In this document: in pieces, positions 1-6,346 of the stretch | Layout of the letters: each line of letters begins with the position of its first letter | Position numbering within the stretch: position 1 is the stretch's first letter | Source of the DNA: an uncultured virus (IMG/VR IMGVR_UViG_3300025154_000055) | Taxonomy: Duplodnaviria; Heunggongvirae; Uroviricota; Caudoviricetes | Virus record (IMG/VR): IMGVR_UViG_3300025154_000055 | Length of the DNA: 59,053 bases | Strand: one strand, 5' to 3' | Notes under the pieces: model-generated | What the model saw: the letters and a program-made list of their open reading frames with translations, nothing else | Told to the model about the DNA's origin: nothing | Databases searched by the model: none | Made by a program: the position numbers and the translations under genes

Positions 1-34
1 CCATTGCGGTGTCTATTATTAAAGGGAATCGTCC

Positions 35-223
35 ATGATTGAACAACGCACCGATTGTGTAGACTGCCTATTACACCTCGCGTCCAACTTCTATGTCATT
101 AAAGAAGCGTGTGCCAGTGTTGGGATAGAGCACGGTCTGTCTACTGACGAGGAACTGGCTATATACGTGTCCTGGTATCACGCGAACGGACACCAATCTG
201 GTATGAAAAAGACCCTACCGTAA
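35..223 (+). CDS. small hypothetical protein
   Basis: 62-aa ORF with AAGGGA upstream, ending in the hairpin at 209-235. Confidence 0.4.
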   Translation: MIEQRTDCVDCLLHLASNFYVIKEACASVGIEHGLSTDEELAIYVSWYHANGHQSGMKKTLP

Positions 224-235
224 TGATAGGGTCTT
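206..235 (-). terminator. intrinsic terminator closing the minus-strand tRNA/HNH operon (possibly bidirectional)
   Basis: AAGACCCTA...TAGGGTCTT inverted repeat with A5 on the + strand (U tract on -), between convergent ORFs. Confidence 0.6.
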
Positions 236-431
236 ACCACGTTCTCCAGTTTACCTCGCCCTCAACTCCCAGTTGTCCACGATACGGATTGCCCACCACG
301 CGCCCCTGTTTCCACGCCCTGCGCCGTGCTTTAGAGAGACGACGCTTCCAGTATCGCCCCGTACCCACTCCGGGCCACACTTCTGAGAAGGACGGGACGT
401 GACCGTGACGAAAACGAATGGTGTCGGACAT
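234..431 (-). CDS. small basic hypothetical protein
   Basis: 65-aa Arg/Lys/Trp-rich ORF with a GGAGG RBS. Confidence 0.6.
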   Translation of the reverse strand: MSDTIRFRHGHVPSFSEVWPGVGTGRYWKRRLSKARRRAWKQGRVVGNPYRGQLGVEGEVNWRTW

Positions 432-433
432 GA

Positions 434-460
434 ACCTCCCGTGCGGTTACTTTACATAAC
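434..460. repeat. 27-bp dispersed motif copy
   Basis: ACCTCCCGTGCGGTTACTTTACATAAC. Confidence 0.7.
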
Positions 461-981
461 TAGATTTCTATATACTTCTTCCAAGATTCCGGCCAATCTC
501 CGCTGACGATAATGTAACTCGTGCGTGGCGTTTTGGCGATAAAATCTGGAAAGTAGAATCTCATTCCGCTGTCTTCGAGACTTCGATTGGATTTGCGCCG
601 ATTGCACTTAGGGCAGGCCGCGCAAGTATTAGACCACTGAGAGGCGCGAATACCACGACGGATACATTCTTCGCGCGAGATAATGTGGTCAATCGTCCCG
701 GTAGTTCTATCCAAATCACAGCCACAATACTGGCACTTCCAGTGGTCTCGTGTGAATACAGCGCGTCGGCTCCAGACCGCCTTTTTACGGGGCACATTTA
801 CGAACCTGCGTAGCCTTAGCACACTGGGAAAATCTAAGGTCAACGAGGGAGACCGGAGTTTCCTGTCCGGCACGCTTTCTAGCATATCCACTTTATCGCC
901 AAATATCAGGGATAGCGCACGCTGTAAACTGATAGCGCGAAGTGCTTCACCGTTGGCGTTCAACAAAAGTACGGCAGTCAC
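460..981 (-). CDS. HNH endonuclease (McrA/HNH_5-like)
   Basis: RRAVFTRD-CQYCG-TIDHII-CPKCNRRK motif; N-terminal VLLLNA. Confidence 0.9.
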   Translation of the reverse strand: MTAVLLLNANGEALRAISLQRALSLIFGDKVDMLESVPDRKLRSPSLTLDFPSVLRLRRFVNVPRKKAVWSRRAVFTRDHWKCQYCGCDLDRTTGTIDHIISREECIRRGIRASQWSNTCAACPKCNRRKSNRSLEDSGMRFYFPDFIAKTPRTSYIIVSGDWPESWKKYIEI

Positions 982-1007
982 GATATATTCCTTTCAAACA
1001 GTGTGAG

Positions 1008-1079
1008 TACCCGACGAGAATATTGAGTTCTCAACCTCGAATTTAGGAAATTCGCGCTCTATCTTTGAGCTAGTCGGGC
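1008..1079 (-). tRNA. tRNA-Arg(CCT)
   Basis: cloverleaf; acceptor GCCCGAC/GTCGGGT; loop TT-CCT-AA; T-loop CTCAATA. Confidence 0.85.
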
Positions 1080-1085
1080 ATATAG

Positions 1086-1157
1086 AGACGCCTGTCGGAA
1101 TTGAGCCGACGTATACAGGGTTGCGGCCTGTCACCTAATCCACTCGGTCAAGGCGTC
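1086..1157 (-). tRNA. tRNA-Cys(GCA)
   Basis: GACGCCT/AGGCGTC, U73; loop CC-GCA-AC; T-loop CTCAATT. Confidence 0.85.
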
Positions 1158-1295
1158 ATTTCTATGAGACGTTTTGCGCTTCTGTGGTCGTCTACGTCCG
1201 TCCACTTTCTCGCTATTACCGATCACTTTATGCGCCTTACACATCTGGCATCGGGCGCTGAATCGTCGGCAGACCTTCTTGTCGTAGTTAGCCAT
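1131..1295 (-). CDS. small basic CxxC peptide within the tRNA array
   Basis: MANYDKKVCRRFSARCQMCKAHK with AGGA RBS; 3' end overlaps tRNA-Cys. Confidence 0.45.
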   Translation of the reverse strand: MANYDKKVCRRFSARCQMCKAHKVIGNSEKVDGRRRPQKRKTSHRNDALTEWIR

Positions 1296-1300
1296 GACGA

Positions 1301-1405
1301 CTATCCTACAGACAGAGCGAATACGAACGTCCCGCACGCTACGATGGCGAGTATTCCAACAAAACACGCCAAAAATAATTCGTTCATTGGGTTTCTGTTT
1401 TCCAT
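1301..1405 (-). CDS. small membrane peptide
   Basis: MENRNPMNELFLACFVGILAIVACGTFVFALSVG, a single hydrophobic helix filling an inter-tRNA gap. Confidence 0.4.
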   Translation of the reverse strand: MENRNPMNELFLACFVGILAIVACGTFVFALSVG

Positions 1406-1407
1406 AG

Positions 1408-1480
1408 CACTCCGGTCACGATTTGAACGTGAGTAAACGGTTTCAGAGACCGTTGCACTGGGCCACTGTGCTACCAGAGT
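1408..1480 (-). tRNA. tRNA-Gln(CTG)
   Basis: ACTCTGG/CCGGAGT; loop CT-CTG-AA; TTCAAAT. Confidence 0.9.
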
Positions 1481-1483
1481 ATG

Positions 1484-1558
1484 TCGCCCAGCTCCGAGTC
1501 GAACGGAGGTGCAACCGTATCCCTGCGCCACTTATAAGATGGTTGGGCATACTGGGCG
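1484..1558 (-). tRNA. D-armless tRNA-like RNA, anticodon TAT (Ile)
   Basis: perfect acceptor CGCCCAG/CTGGGCG and T-arm; CCAT-CTTATAA-GTGG arm; no D-stem; long variable region. Confidence 0.5.
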
Positions 1559-1648
1559 TCTTGATGCCAATCTTCGTCATGTGCCACGCGGGGGATTGAC
1601 CCTCGCCACGCTACTGAGACGTGTTAAGTCCCCTGTAAGGGAATCGTG

Positions 1649-1720
1649 TGCCGCCCGTGGCGCTTGAATCCACGTCTACCGATTTTCACCCGGTCGCTAA
1701 ACCATCTCAGCTAGGGCGGC
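1649..1720 (-). tRNA. tRNA-Phe(GAA)
   Basis: GCCGCCC/GGGCGGC; loop GT-GAA-AA. Confidence 0.85.
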
Positions 1721-1723
1721 GTT

Positions 1724-1796
1724 TAGGCGATGGCTGAGTTGAACAGCCTTCTGAGAGGTGTAGGCTCCCCGTGATAGACCCTTCTACTAATCGCCT
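1724..1796 (-). tRNA. tRNA-Val(TAC)
   Basis: AGGCGAT/ATCGCCT; loop CC-TAC-AC; TTCAACT. Confidence 0.8.
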
Positions 1797-1939
1797 GTTT
1801 GCTATGTATCGCGGATTCCGCCACGACACTAACGGGATAGCGTCCCGCACCATTTGTCTTCCGAAGACGCATCACGGAGTCGAACCGATTCCCGTCTTAC
1901 CAAACCTCGGTGAGCGAGACAGAATCGAACTGTCTTTCG

Positions 1940-2012
1940 TGGAACTACGGGAACTCGAATCCCGATTCCGATCTTGAGGGGATCGTTACCTGTCCAATTA
2001 GTAGATAGTTCC
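1940..2012 (-). tRNA. tRNA-Glu(CTC)
   Basis: GGAACTA/TAGTTCC; loop CC-CTC-AA; TTCGAGT. Confidence 0.9.
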
Positions 2013-2123
2013 ATTTACCCCTCTACGCTTCCAGTGACGAGATTGATCCCGGCACTGTTCTATGAAAGGGCGACAGTCTCCCGCATCTACCTGAAATCGC
2101 AGACTCATATGCGAATGCGATTG

Positions 2124-2204
2124 TGGGCCTGACTGGAGTTGAACCAGCACGGGTTTCCCCAAAAGTTCCTAAGACTTTCGCGGCTGCGATTACGCCACAG
2201 GCCC
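2124..2204 (-). tRNA. tRNA-Leu(TAG)
   Basis: GGGCCTG/CAGGCCC; loop CT-TAG-GA; long variable arm. Confidence 0.9.
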
Positions 2205-2208
2205 GTAG

Positions 2209-2281
2209 CTGCTCCCCCGCGACTTAAACGCGGATCGTCCGATTTAACAGATCGGCGCACGATCAATTGTGCTAGAGAGCA
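2209..2281 (-). tRNA. tRNA-Asn(GTT)
   Basis: TGCTCTC/GGGAGCA, G73; loop CT-GTT-AA; T-loop TTTAAGT. Confidence 0.88.
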
Positions 2282-2349
2282 ATATTGTCGTCCGGTACTC
2301 TCCCCGACCGGACACGGAGGGTCGTCTTGATGATGAACGACCAAGATAG

Positions 2350-2423
2350 TACCCCATGAGTGAGTTGAGCACTCTACCTCCGCATCCGAAGTGCGGCGCT
2401 CTAGTCGGGTGAGCTAATGGGGC
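2350..2423 (-). tRNA. tRNA-Arg(TCG)
   Basis: GCCCCAT/ATGGGGT; loop CT-TCG-GA; T-loop CTCAACT. Confidence 0.88.
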
Positions 2424-2429
2424 GCTACA

Positions 2430-2513
2430 GTCATTCGTTGTTCCCCAGTCTATGCTCGCCCCACCCCGGAAGTGAGTTTGAATACGAGTGCCGCCTCGAA
2501 CGGCCCGAATGAC
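2430..2513 (-). ncRNA. stem-closed structured RNA, unknown
   Basis: 8-bp terminal inverted repeat GTCATTCG/CGAATGAC filling the gap between two tRNA genes. Confidence 0.4.
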
Positions 2514-2517
2514 CTTG

Positions 2518-2663
2518 TGCCGATGGCGAGATTCGGACTCGCAACTATTGTCAACAACTCCTCGACTAGCAGCGTTGTCGTTGACGCCTCCCTTACACTT
2601 TCGTCTGGGGGAGTGACCTCCGTCTTAGTCGGACGGCGCTCTTCCAATTTGAGCTACATCGGC
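2518..2663 (-). tRNA. tRNA-like RNA with a ~70-nt structured insertion in the variable region (loop CG-ACT-AA)
   Basis: perfect acceptor GCCGATG/CATCGGC, D-, anticodon- and T-stems; insert folds into two hairpins. Confidence 0.7.
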
Positions 2664-2742
2664 GTATCTAGGCGGTGTACACTTCCATACTCTTTCAGGC
2701 TGTTGCCAGATTGACGGGCGTTAATCCGTCACTTCCGCCACG

Positions 2743-2815
2743 GGCAGGATATGGGACTCGAACCCATGAGCATCTGATTGGCAACCAGACCCGATAGCCA
2801 CTACGGGAATCCTGC
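2743..2815 (-). tRNA. tRNA-Gly(GCC)
   Basis: GCAGGAT/ATCCTGC; loop TT-GCC-AA; TTCGAGT. Confidence 0.9.
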
Positions 2816-2907
2816 GTTCTGCGGTTCTCCGTCTGCCGTCCACTCCCACCGCAAGTCTTGCACATCGGCAGATAGTATTGACCAGACCAACACCCTTAAA
2901 GAGACAG

Positions 2908-2983
2908 TGCAAGGTGGCGGAGGCGAGCCGTGTCCTTCTTCCCCTTATCAGAGGGATGTTTCGTACCCCGAAACTGACCCTGC
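2908..2983 (-). tRNA. tRNA-Ile(GAT), degenerate T-arm
   Basis: GCAGGGT/ACCTTGC; TCCCT-CT-GAT-AA-GGGGA; weak T-arm CGG-CTCGCCT-CCG. Confidence 0.6.
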
Positions 2984-3053
2984 AAATGCGCGGTGTCTCC
3001 CATGCGAAGTTGATCAGTCAACACAAGTTCAACCATACTGCCGCGCCAGTAAG

Positions 3054-3125
3054 CAGACCCTCCCGATTTCGAGTCGGGACATGCGTCATCCAAAGTGACG
3101 TGCGCTACCTTTGCGCTAAGGGTCT
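3054..3125 (-). tRNA. tRNA-Gln(TTG)
   Basis: AGACCCT/AGGGTCT; loop CT-TTG-GA; T-loop CTCGAAA. Confidence 0.88.
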
Positions 3126-3131
3126 ATAAAG

Positions 3132-3222
3132 TGACTGCTATCTGATATTCCAATCGGGCTATCTTTCTCAGCACGCCATCTTCGCGTATTCGGACGATTT
3201 TGCCTCAGACCTGAAGCAGTCA
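3132..3222 (-). ncRNA. stem-closed structured RNA, unknown
   Basis: TGACTGCT/AGCAGTCA terminal stem plus inner TCTGA/TCAGA stem, between tRNA-Pro and tRNA-Gln. Confidence 0.45.
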
Positions 3223-3229
3223 GCGTAAG

Positions 3230-3304
3230 TCAGCGAAGAGGGATTTGAACCCCCGATCCCAAAGTCCCAAACTTTGTGCGTTGGCCGGTCTACGCTATTC
3301 GCTG
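3230..3304 (-). tRNA. tRNA-Pro(TGG)
   Basis: CAGCGAA/TTCGCTG; loop TT-TGG-GA; TTCAAAT. Confidence 0.92.
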
Positions 3305-3386
3305 TTTTGGTGGACGTTTTATGACGGAATGCGCCCTCCTCCGACATACTTCACGAATGTTTTCACTCAGAAGATATGTGAGCCAG

Positions 3387-3459
3387 TACCCCCACTCGGA
3401 CTTAAACCGAGATGTACAGATTAAAAGTCTGTCCCGTTATCAATTACGGACATGGAGGC
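3387..3459 (-). tRNA. tRNA-Lys(TTT)
   Basis: GCCTCCA/TGGGGGT; loop CT-TTT-AA; T-loop TTTAAGT. Confidence 0.87.
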
Positions 3460-3462
3460 GTG

Positions 3463-3537
3463 TGCATCCACCCCGATTTGAACGGGGACTAACTCGGTAA
3501 GGGCGAGCCATGCTGTGCCGTTGAACATTATGGATGC
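3463..3537 (-). tRNA. tRNA-Lys(CTT)
   Basis: GCATCCA/TGGATGC; loop CC-CTT-AC; TTCAAAT. Confidence 0.85.
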
Positions 3538-3657
3538 GTTTCTCGGTCGCTCAGGTCACTAGATTTGCATAGTCACTAAGTTCAGGTGTGCGTTTAGTAT
3601 CGGTGTGCCGATATTTCTTAGCGCATAACTTTCATCGCCCTCAATGACGACTGATTG

Positions 3658-3742
3658 CTGTGATGTGCAGAGTTGAACTGCAAGGCCATGACGACCACGT
3701 ACTTTCGAGATACGTCGGATGTGCCGATAATCCAACATCACA
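3658..3742 (-). tRNA. tRNA-Ser(CGA)
   Basis: TGTGATG/CATCACA, G73; loop CT-CGA-AA; long variable arm. Confidence 0.82.
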
Positions 3743-3748
3743 AAAGAG

Positions 3749-3834
3749 CGGTGAATAGAGTAGTCGAAACTCTGACCCTGTAACGGGCGCGGTATTTCCA
3801 ATACCGTTGGCTAAACCGACAAGCCGTATTCACC
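3749..3834 (-). tRNA. tRNA-Ser(GGA)
   Basis: GGTGAAT/ATTCACC, G73; loop TT-GGA-AA; long variable arm. Confidence 0.87.
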
Positions 3835-3840
3835 AAGTTA

Positions 3841-3955
3841 TTAGGGATTGCGACCGCGAGTTCCTGGCCCTATCGCGTCCTGTTTGATTCATCGTTGGCG
3901 GCACATATAGCCTTATCAGCACCGTTACCTTCTTCTCCACCAGAGCAATCCCTAA
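3841..3955 (-). ncRNA. stem-closed structured RNA, unknown
   Basis: perfect 11-bp terminal inverted repeat TTAGGGATTGC/GCAATCCCTAA filling the gap between two tRNA-Ser genes. Confidence 0.6.
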
Positions 3956-3958
3956 AGG

Positions 3959-4044
3959 CGGAAGCGGTGCGAGTTAAACGCACAGTCCCTTGCGGAACGC
4001 ACGGTTTCAAATCGTGCTAGAACTCTCGATATTCCAACGCTTCC
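3959..4044 (-). tRNA. tRNA-Ser(TGA)
   Basis: GGAAGCG/CGCTTCC, G73; loop TT-TGA-AA; long variable arm. Confidence 0.88.
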
Positions 4045-4145
4045 ATAGCATCTCGTTATCGCACGCCAGACGCCTAGCGCTTGCTTAAGGCGCGAAGAGC
4101 GACGGACTTTACCGTTGGATAGTTCTGCGGCGAACGTCCAGTGTA

Positions 4146-4218
4146 CACTCTCAGTCGGACTCGAACCGGCGTGAAATCGCTGAAAACGATCCATCCTAAG
4201 CCGCTAGATGATGAGAGT
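4146..4218 (-). tRNA. tRNA-Glu(TTC)
   Basis: ACTCTCA/TGAGAGT; loop TT-TTC-AG; TTCGAGT. Confidence 0.9.
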
Positions 4219-4271
4219 ATGGAGCAGGGCTGGCGTGGTCTTCGCCACGGAAGTTCCAGACACCTGCGTAT

Positions 4272-4348
4272 TGGGGTAGATGGAGGGACGTGCGCCCTCT
4301 ATAAACGGTTCCACAGACCGTCGCGGCACTATATTCGCCTCATCCACC
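4272..4348 (-). tRNA. tRNA-His(GTG)
   Basis: encoded G-1:C73 and CCA; loop CT-GTG-GA; T-loop CGCACGT. Confidence 0.88.
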
Positions 4349-4355
4349 ATGTTCT

Positions 4356-4530
4356 GCTAAATATCTGTAATCGAGAGTGGAACGGTCAAGGTTATCAGTT
4401 ATTCACGCTCTGGGAGAACTCCACGGGACACCTTTCGGTGTTTCTGCTTTCGCTTCGTCAGCCGAACCAGATGAGCGTCCAGATGTTTCCTGTCTCCGTT
4501 CCCGGCAACCCACGGTCACAGATATTTAAC
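4356..4530 (-). ncRNA. 175-nt rod with a central bubble, 6S RNA-like
   Basis: long closing stem (TAAATATCTGT..), GGAACGG/CCGTTCC stem, ~17/19-nt central bubble containing ACCTTGA, apical ACGCT/AGCGT stem. Confidence 0.5.
4405..4478 (-). ncRNA. type I hammerhead ribozyme core
   Basis: CGG-CUGACGA-A-GC-GAAA-GC-A-GAAAC-ACC-GAAA-GGU-GUC-CCG; predicted cleavage after GUC, between 4427 and 4426. Confidence 0.75.
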
Positions 4531-4533
4531 TTG

Positions 4534-4617
4534 CGGAGATGAGAATGCTCGAACTTCTAGTCCCTTTCGGAACGCCGCGTTAGCAGTGCGGTCGGAACAT
4601 CAATTTCCAACATCTCC
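4534..4617 (-). tRNA. tRNA-Ser(GCT)
   Basis: GGAGATG/CATCTCC, G73; loop CT-GCT-AA; long variable arm. Confidence 0.9.
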
Positions 4618-4841
4618 AGTTCGACTGATTGAGCGCGGGAATCATAGTACCTCTACCCTCTTTTAATGGTCTGCCGACCACTATCAGTCCATTCCCAAAT
4701 TATGTCATCCCCTTAAAGGAATCCTAATCATCACGTCCTGGGCAATCCGGCACGAGTCTGAGTCTGCGGTATCTAAGGTGTTACGTGCGTAGTCCCGCTG
4801 TATTCAGCGGCATACTTCTTGGGTTACAGATTGTACCCATG

Positions 4842-4915
4842 TGCGCCTCCCAGAACTCGAATCTGGACTCCTCCGTCCCGCGAACGGATGTGTTATCCAA
4901 TTACACCAGAGACGC
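4842..4915 (-). tRNA. tRNA-Arg(GCG)
   Basis: GCGTCTC/GAGGCGC; loop TC-GCG-GG; TTCGAGT. Confidence 0.85.
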
Positions 4916-5023
4916 ATTTGCAACCTTTGGTTGCCGTCGCCCATTGCATCACGCGATTTCATGAATTATGGTCTCGCGTTTTCAGTCATCTATCGATGGG
5001 GCGATAACCCCGATGACCTTGCA

Positions 5024-5096
5024 TGTCGGGTCTGGGAGTCGAACCCAGTTGAACGGAGCGTATGAGACTCCTGCCTTGCCGTTTGGCCTACCCGAT
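5024..5096 (-). tRNA. tRNA-Met(CAT), 1:72 mismatch (initiator-like)
   Basis: ATCGGGT/ACCCGAC; loop CT-CAT-AC; TTCGACT. Confidence 0.82.
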
Positions 5097-5101
5097 ACTG
5101 A

Positions 5102-5128
5102 ATCTCTATAGCGATTACTTGACATAAT
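5102..5128. repeat. 27-bp dispersed motif copy
   Basis: ATCTCTATAGCGATTACTTGACATAAT. Confidence 0.8.
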
Positions 5129-5132
5129 ACAA

Positions 5133-5277
5133 AATGTGTTGGGGCTGTGACTTCGACACGTCAAAACCTGCTGATCACTTGCCTCTTTTGCACTCTAGTC
5201 CGCTTTTACGTTGCGGCCCGCTAGTTCGTTTCCGATGAATAGCTGTATCCCTAGTCGCTCATGCAAGGCAACACATT
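5133..5277 (-). ncRNA. stem-closed multibranch RNA, unknown
   Basis: AATGTGTTG/CAACACATT terminal stem; nested GCCT/AGGC, TGCA/TGCA, CTAG/CTAG and CCGC/GCGG stems. Confidence 0.55.
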
Positions 5278-5290
5278 CTATTTCTGATAA

Positions 5291-5401
5291 AGATAGTGTC
5301 GGCGGAAGGCTTAGTATCACGCTGCTCCGCTTCCTGACCCGTGACGGTCTCCGAACTGTCCGCTATAAGGGTGCGACCCATATTCCAGACACGCACTATC
5401 T
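5291..5401 (-). ncRNA. 111-nt SRP(4.5S)-like RNA
   Basis: AGATAGTG/CACTATCT ends; rod ending in GUCACG-GG-UCAGG-aagcgg-AGCAG-CGUGAU, resembling the SRP helix 8 symmetric loop. Confidence 0.4.
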
Positions 5402-5403
5402 AG

Positions 5404-5476
5404 CAAGAGCGGTGGGACTTGCGCCCACTAAAACTGATTTTGGAGATCAGCCCCTATCTTCTTTGGGTTCGCCCTT
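5404..5476 (-). tRNA. tRNA-Trp(CCA)
   Basis: AAGGGCG/CGCTCTT, G73; loop CT-CCA-AA; T-loop CGCAAGT. Confidence 0.87.
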
Positions 5477-5484
5477 ATAGTTCT

Positions 5485-5528
5485 ATCTTACCCCAAGATG
5501 TTGAGTTAAGCAATGTTACTTAGGTACT
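5485..5528 (-). promoter_or_regulatory. internal sigma70-type promoter with upstream 15-bp box
   Basis: AGTACCTAAGTAACA-TTGCTT-17bp-TAAGAT just upstream of tRNA-Trp. Confidence 0.55.
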
Positions 5529-5530
5529 TG

Positions 5531-5604
5531 TGGAACAGATGGGATTTGCGCCCATAGAACCCTAATTTTGAATTAGAGATGTCTGCTAGTTGCATCACTG
5601 TTCC
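5531..5604 (-). tRNA. tRNA-Leu(CAA), short variable loop
   Basis: GGAACAG/CTGTTCC; loop TT-CAA-AA; 5-nt variable loop; T-loop CGCAAAT. Confidence 0.82.
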
Positions 5605-5607
5605 GTG

Positions 5608-5679
5608 TGGATCGTGGGGGAGTCGCGCCCCTCAAGACAAGAATATTGCAAGTATTCTCCGCTACCTCTATCCCGACCC
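5608..5679 (-). tRNA. tRNA-Ala(TGC), reduced D-arm
   Basis: G3:U70 pair and A73; loop CT-TGC-AA; no clear D-stem; T-loop CGCGACT. Confidence 0.7.
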
Positions 5680-5801
5680 GTATTGCTGGGAGCGACACGC
5701 CTGCCGCCCCCGTTGCTCTTGCAAGGTTCGCTTTCGCGTCCCAAGACCTCGCTACCACGCATGGTGGTTGAGACTTAAAACCTCAAGATAGACGACAATT
5801 T

Positions 5802-6137
5802 CTAGTTCAGCCGCTCAATCGTCTTACCGTTGTCGTTCAGTAAGTACACGCTCAAGTTAGACCCGATAATTACGCTTTTATCACCACGACTTGCGGTAAT
5901 AATAGCGCTTGTCGGGAATCCAACATTTCGCGCCACATTCAAGAATGTCTCATCGTATTGATCTAGCGGGATATTCGGATAACCGCTCACGGTATGATAC
6001 TCAACATTTTCGAGTCCATCCACGAATCGCCATCCCCCCTTCCATACTTCTTTAGTGTAGTTTCCGTCTCCATTCCCGTCCGATTCTGCGAGTTCGGGTA
6101 ACTGCCTGCCGTTCTCTGTTTCCATCTTGATAATCAT
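5802..6137 (-). CDS. hypothetical phage protein
   Basis: likely start MIIKMETENG with AGGAG RBS; the upstream extension in the ORF track overlaps tRNAs. Confidence 0.7.
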   Translation of the reverse strand: MIIKMETENGRQLPELAESDGNGDGNYTKEVWKGGWRFVDGLENVEYHTVSGYPNIPLDQYDETFLNVARNVGFPTSAIITASRGDKSVIIGSNLSVYLLNDNGKTIERLN

Positions 6138-6185
6138 CTGTCTTTCTCCTGTTCTGTCTCGCTGTCTGTCTATCTTGAGATTCAG

Positions 6186-6268
6186 TGGGCAATCAGTGAG
6201 TCGAACACTGCGTACTAAGTACACGGGTCTACAATCCGCTCCAACGATCCGATAGTTGGCTATTGCCC
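6186..6268 (-). tRNA. tRNA-Tyr(GTA)
   Basis: GGGCAAT/ATTGCCC; loop TT-GTA-GA; variable arm GTAC-TTA-GTAC. Confidence 0.9.
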
Positions 6269-6271
6269 AAG

Positions 6272-6346
6272 AGCTGATGGTCGAAGTCGAATCGACAATT
6301 ATGTTCCCGTACAGGGGGAGCGCCATACCAATTAGGCGACATCAGC
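6272..6346 (-). tRNA. tRNA-Thr(TGT)
   Basis: GCTGATG/CATCAGC; loop CC-TGT-AC; TTCGACT. Confidence 0.87.

Noticed and set aside
1580..1648. Degenerate tRNA-like fold between the TAT element and tRNA-Phe
   Set aside because: Acceptor and T stems pair poorly and no anticodon can be assigned
2665..2740. Resemblance to a ZTP riboswitch (UGGCGGAA...CCGCCU)
   Set aside because: The surrounding P1/P3 consensus is missing and it does not lead a coding gene
3959..4044. TGA-containing anticodon loop as a selenocysteine or suppressor tRNA
   Set aside because: Anticodon TGA reads Ser UCA; no TCA anticodon was found in the array
4050..4140. Possible twister ribozyme or RNase P fragment (CGGUAAAGUCCG)
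   Set aside because: Twister pseudoknot pairings and the RNase P GAGGAAAGUCC/P4 partner are absent; structured but unassignable
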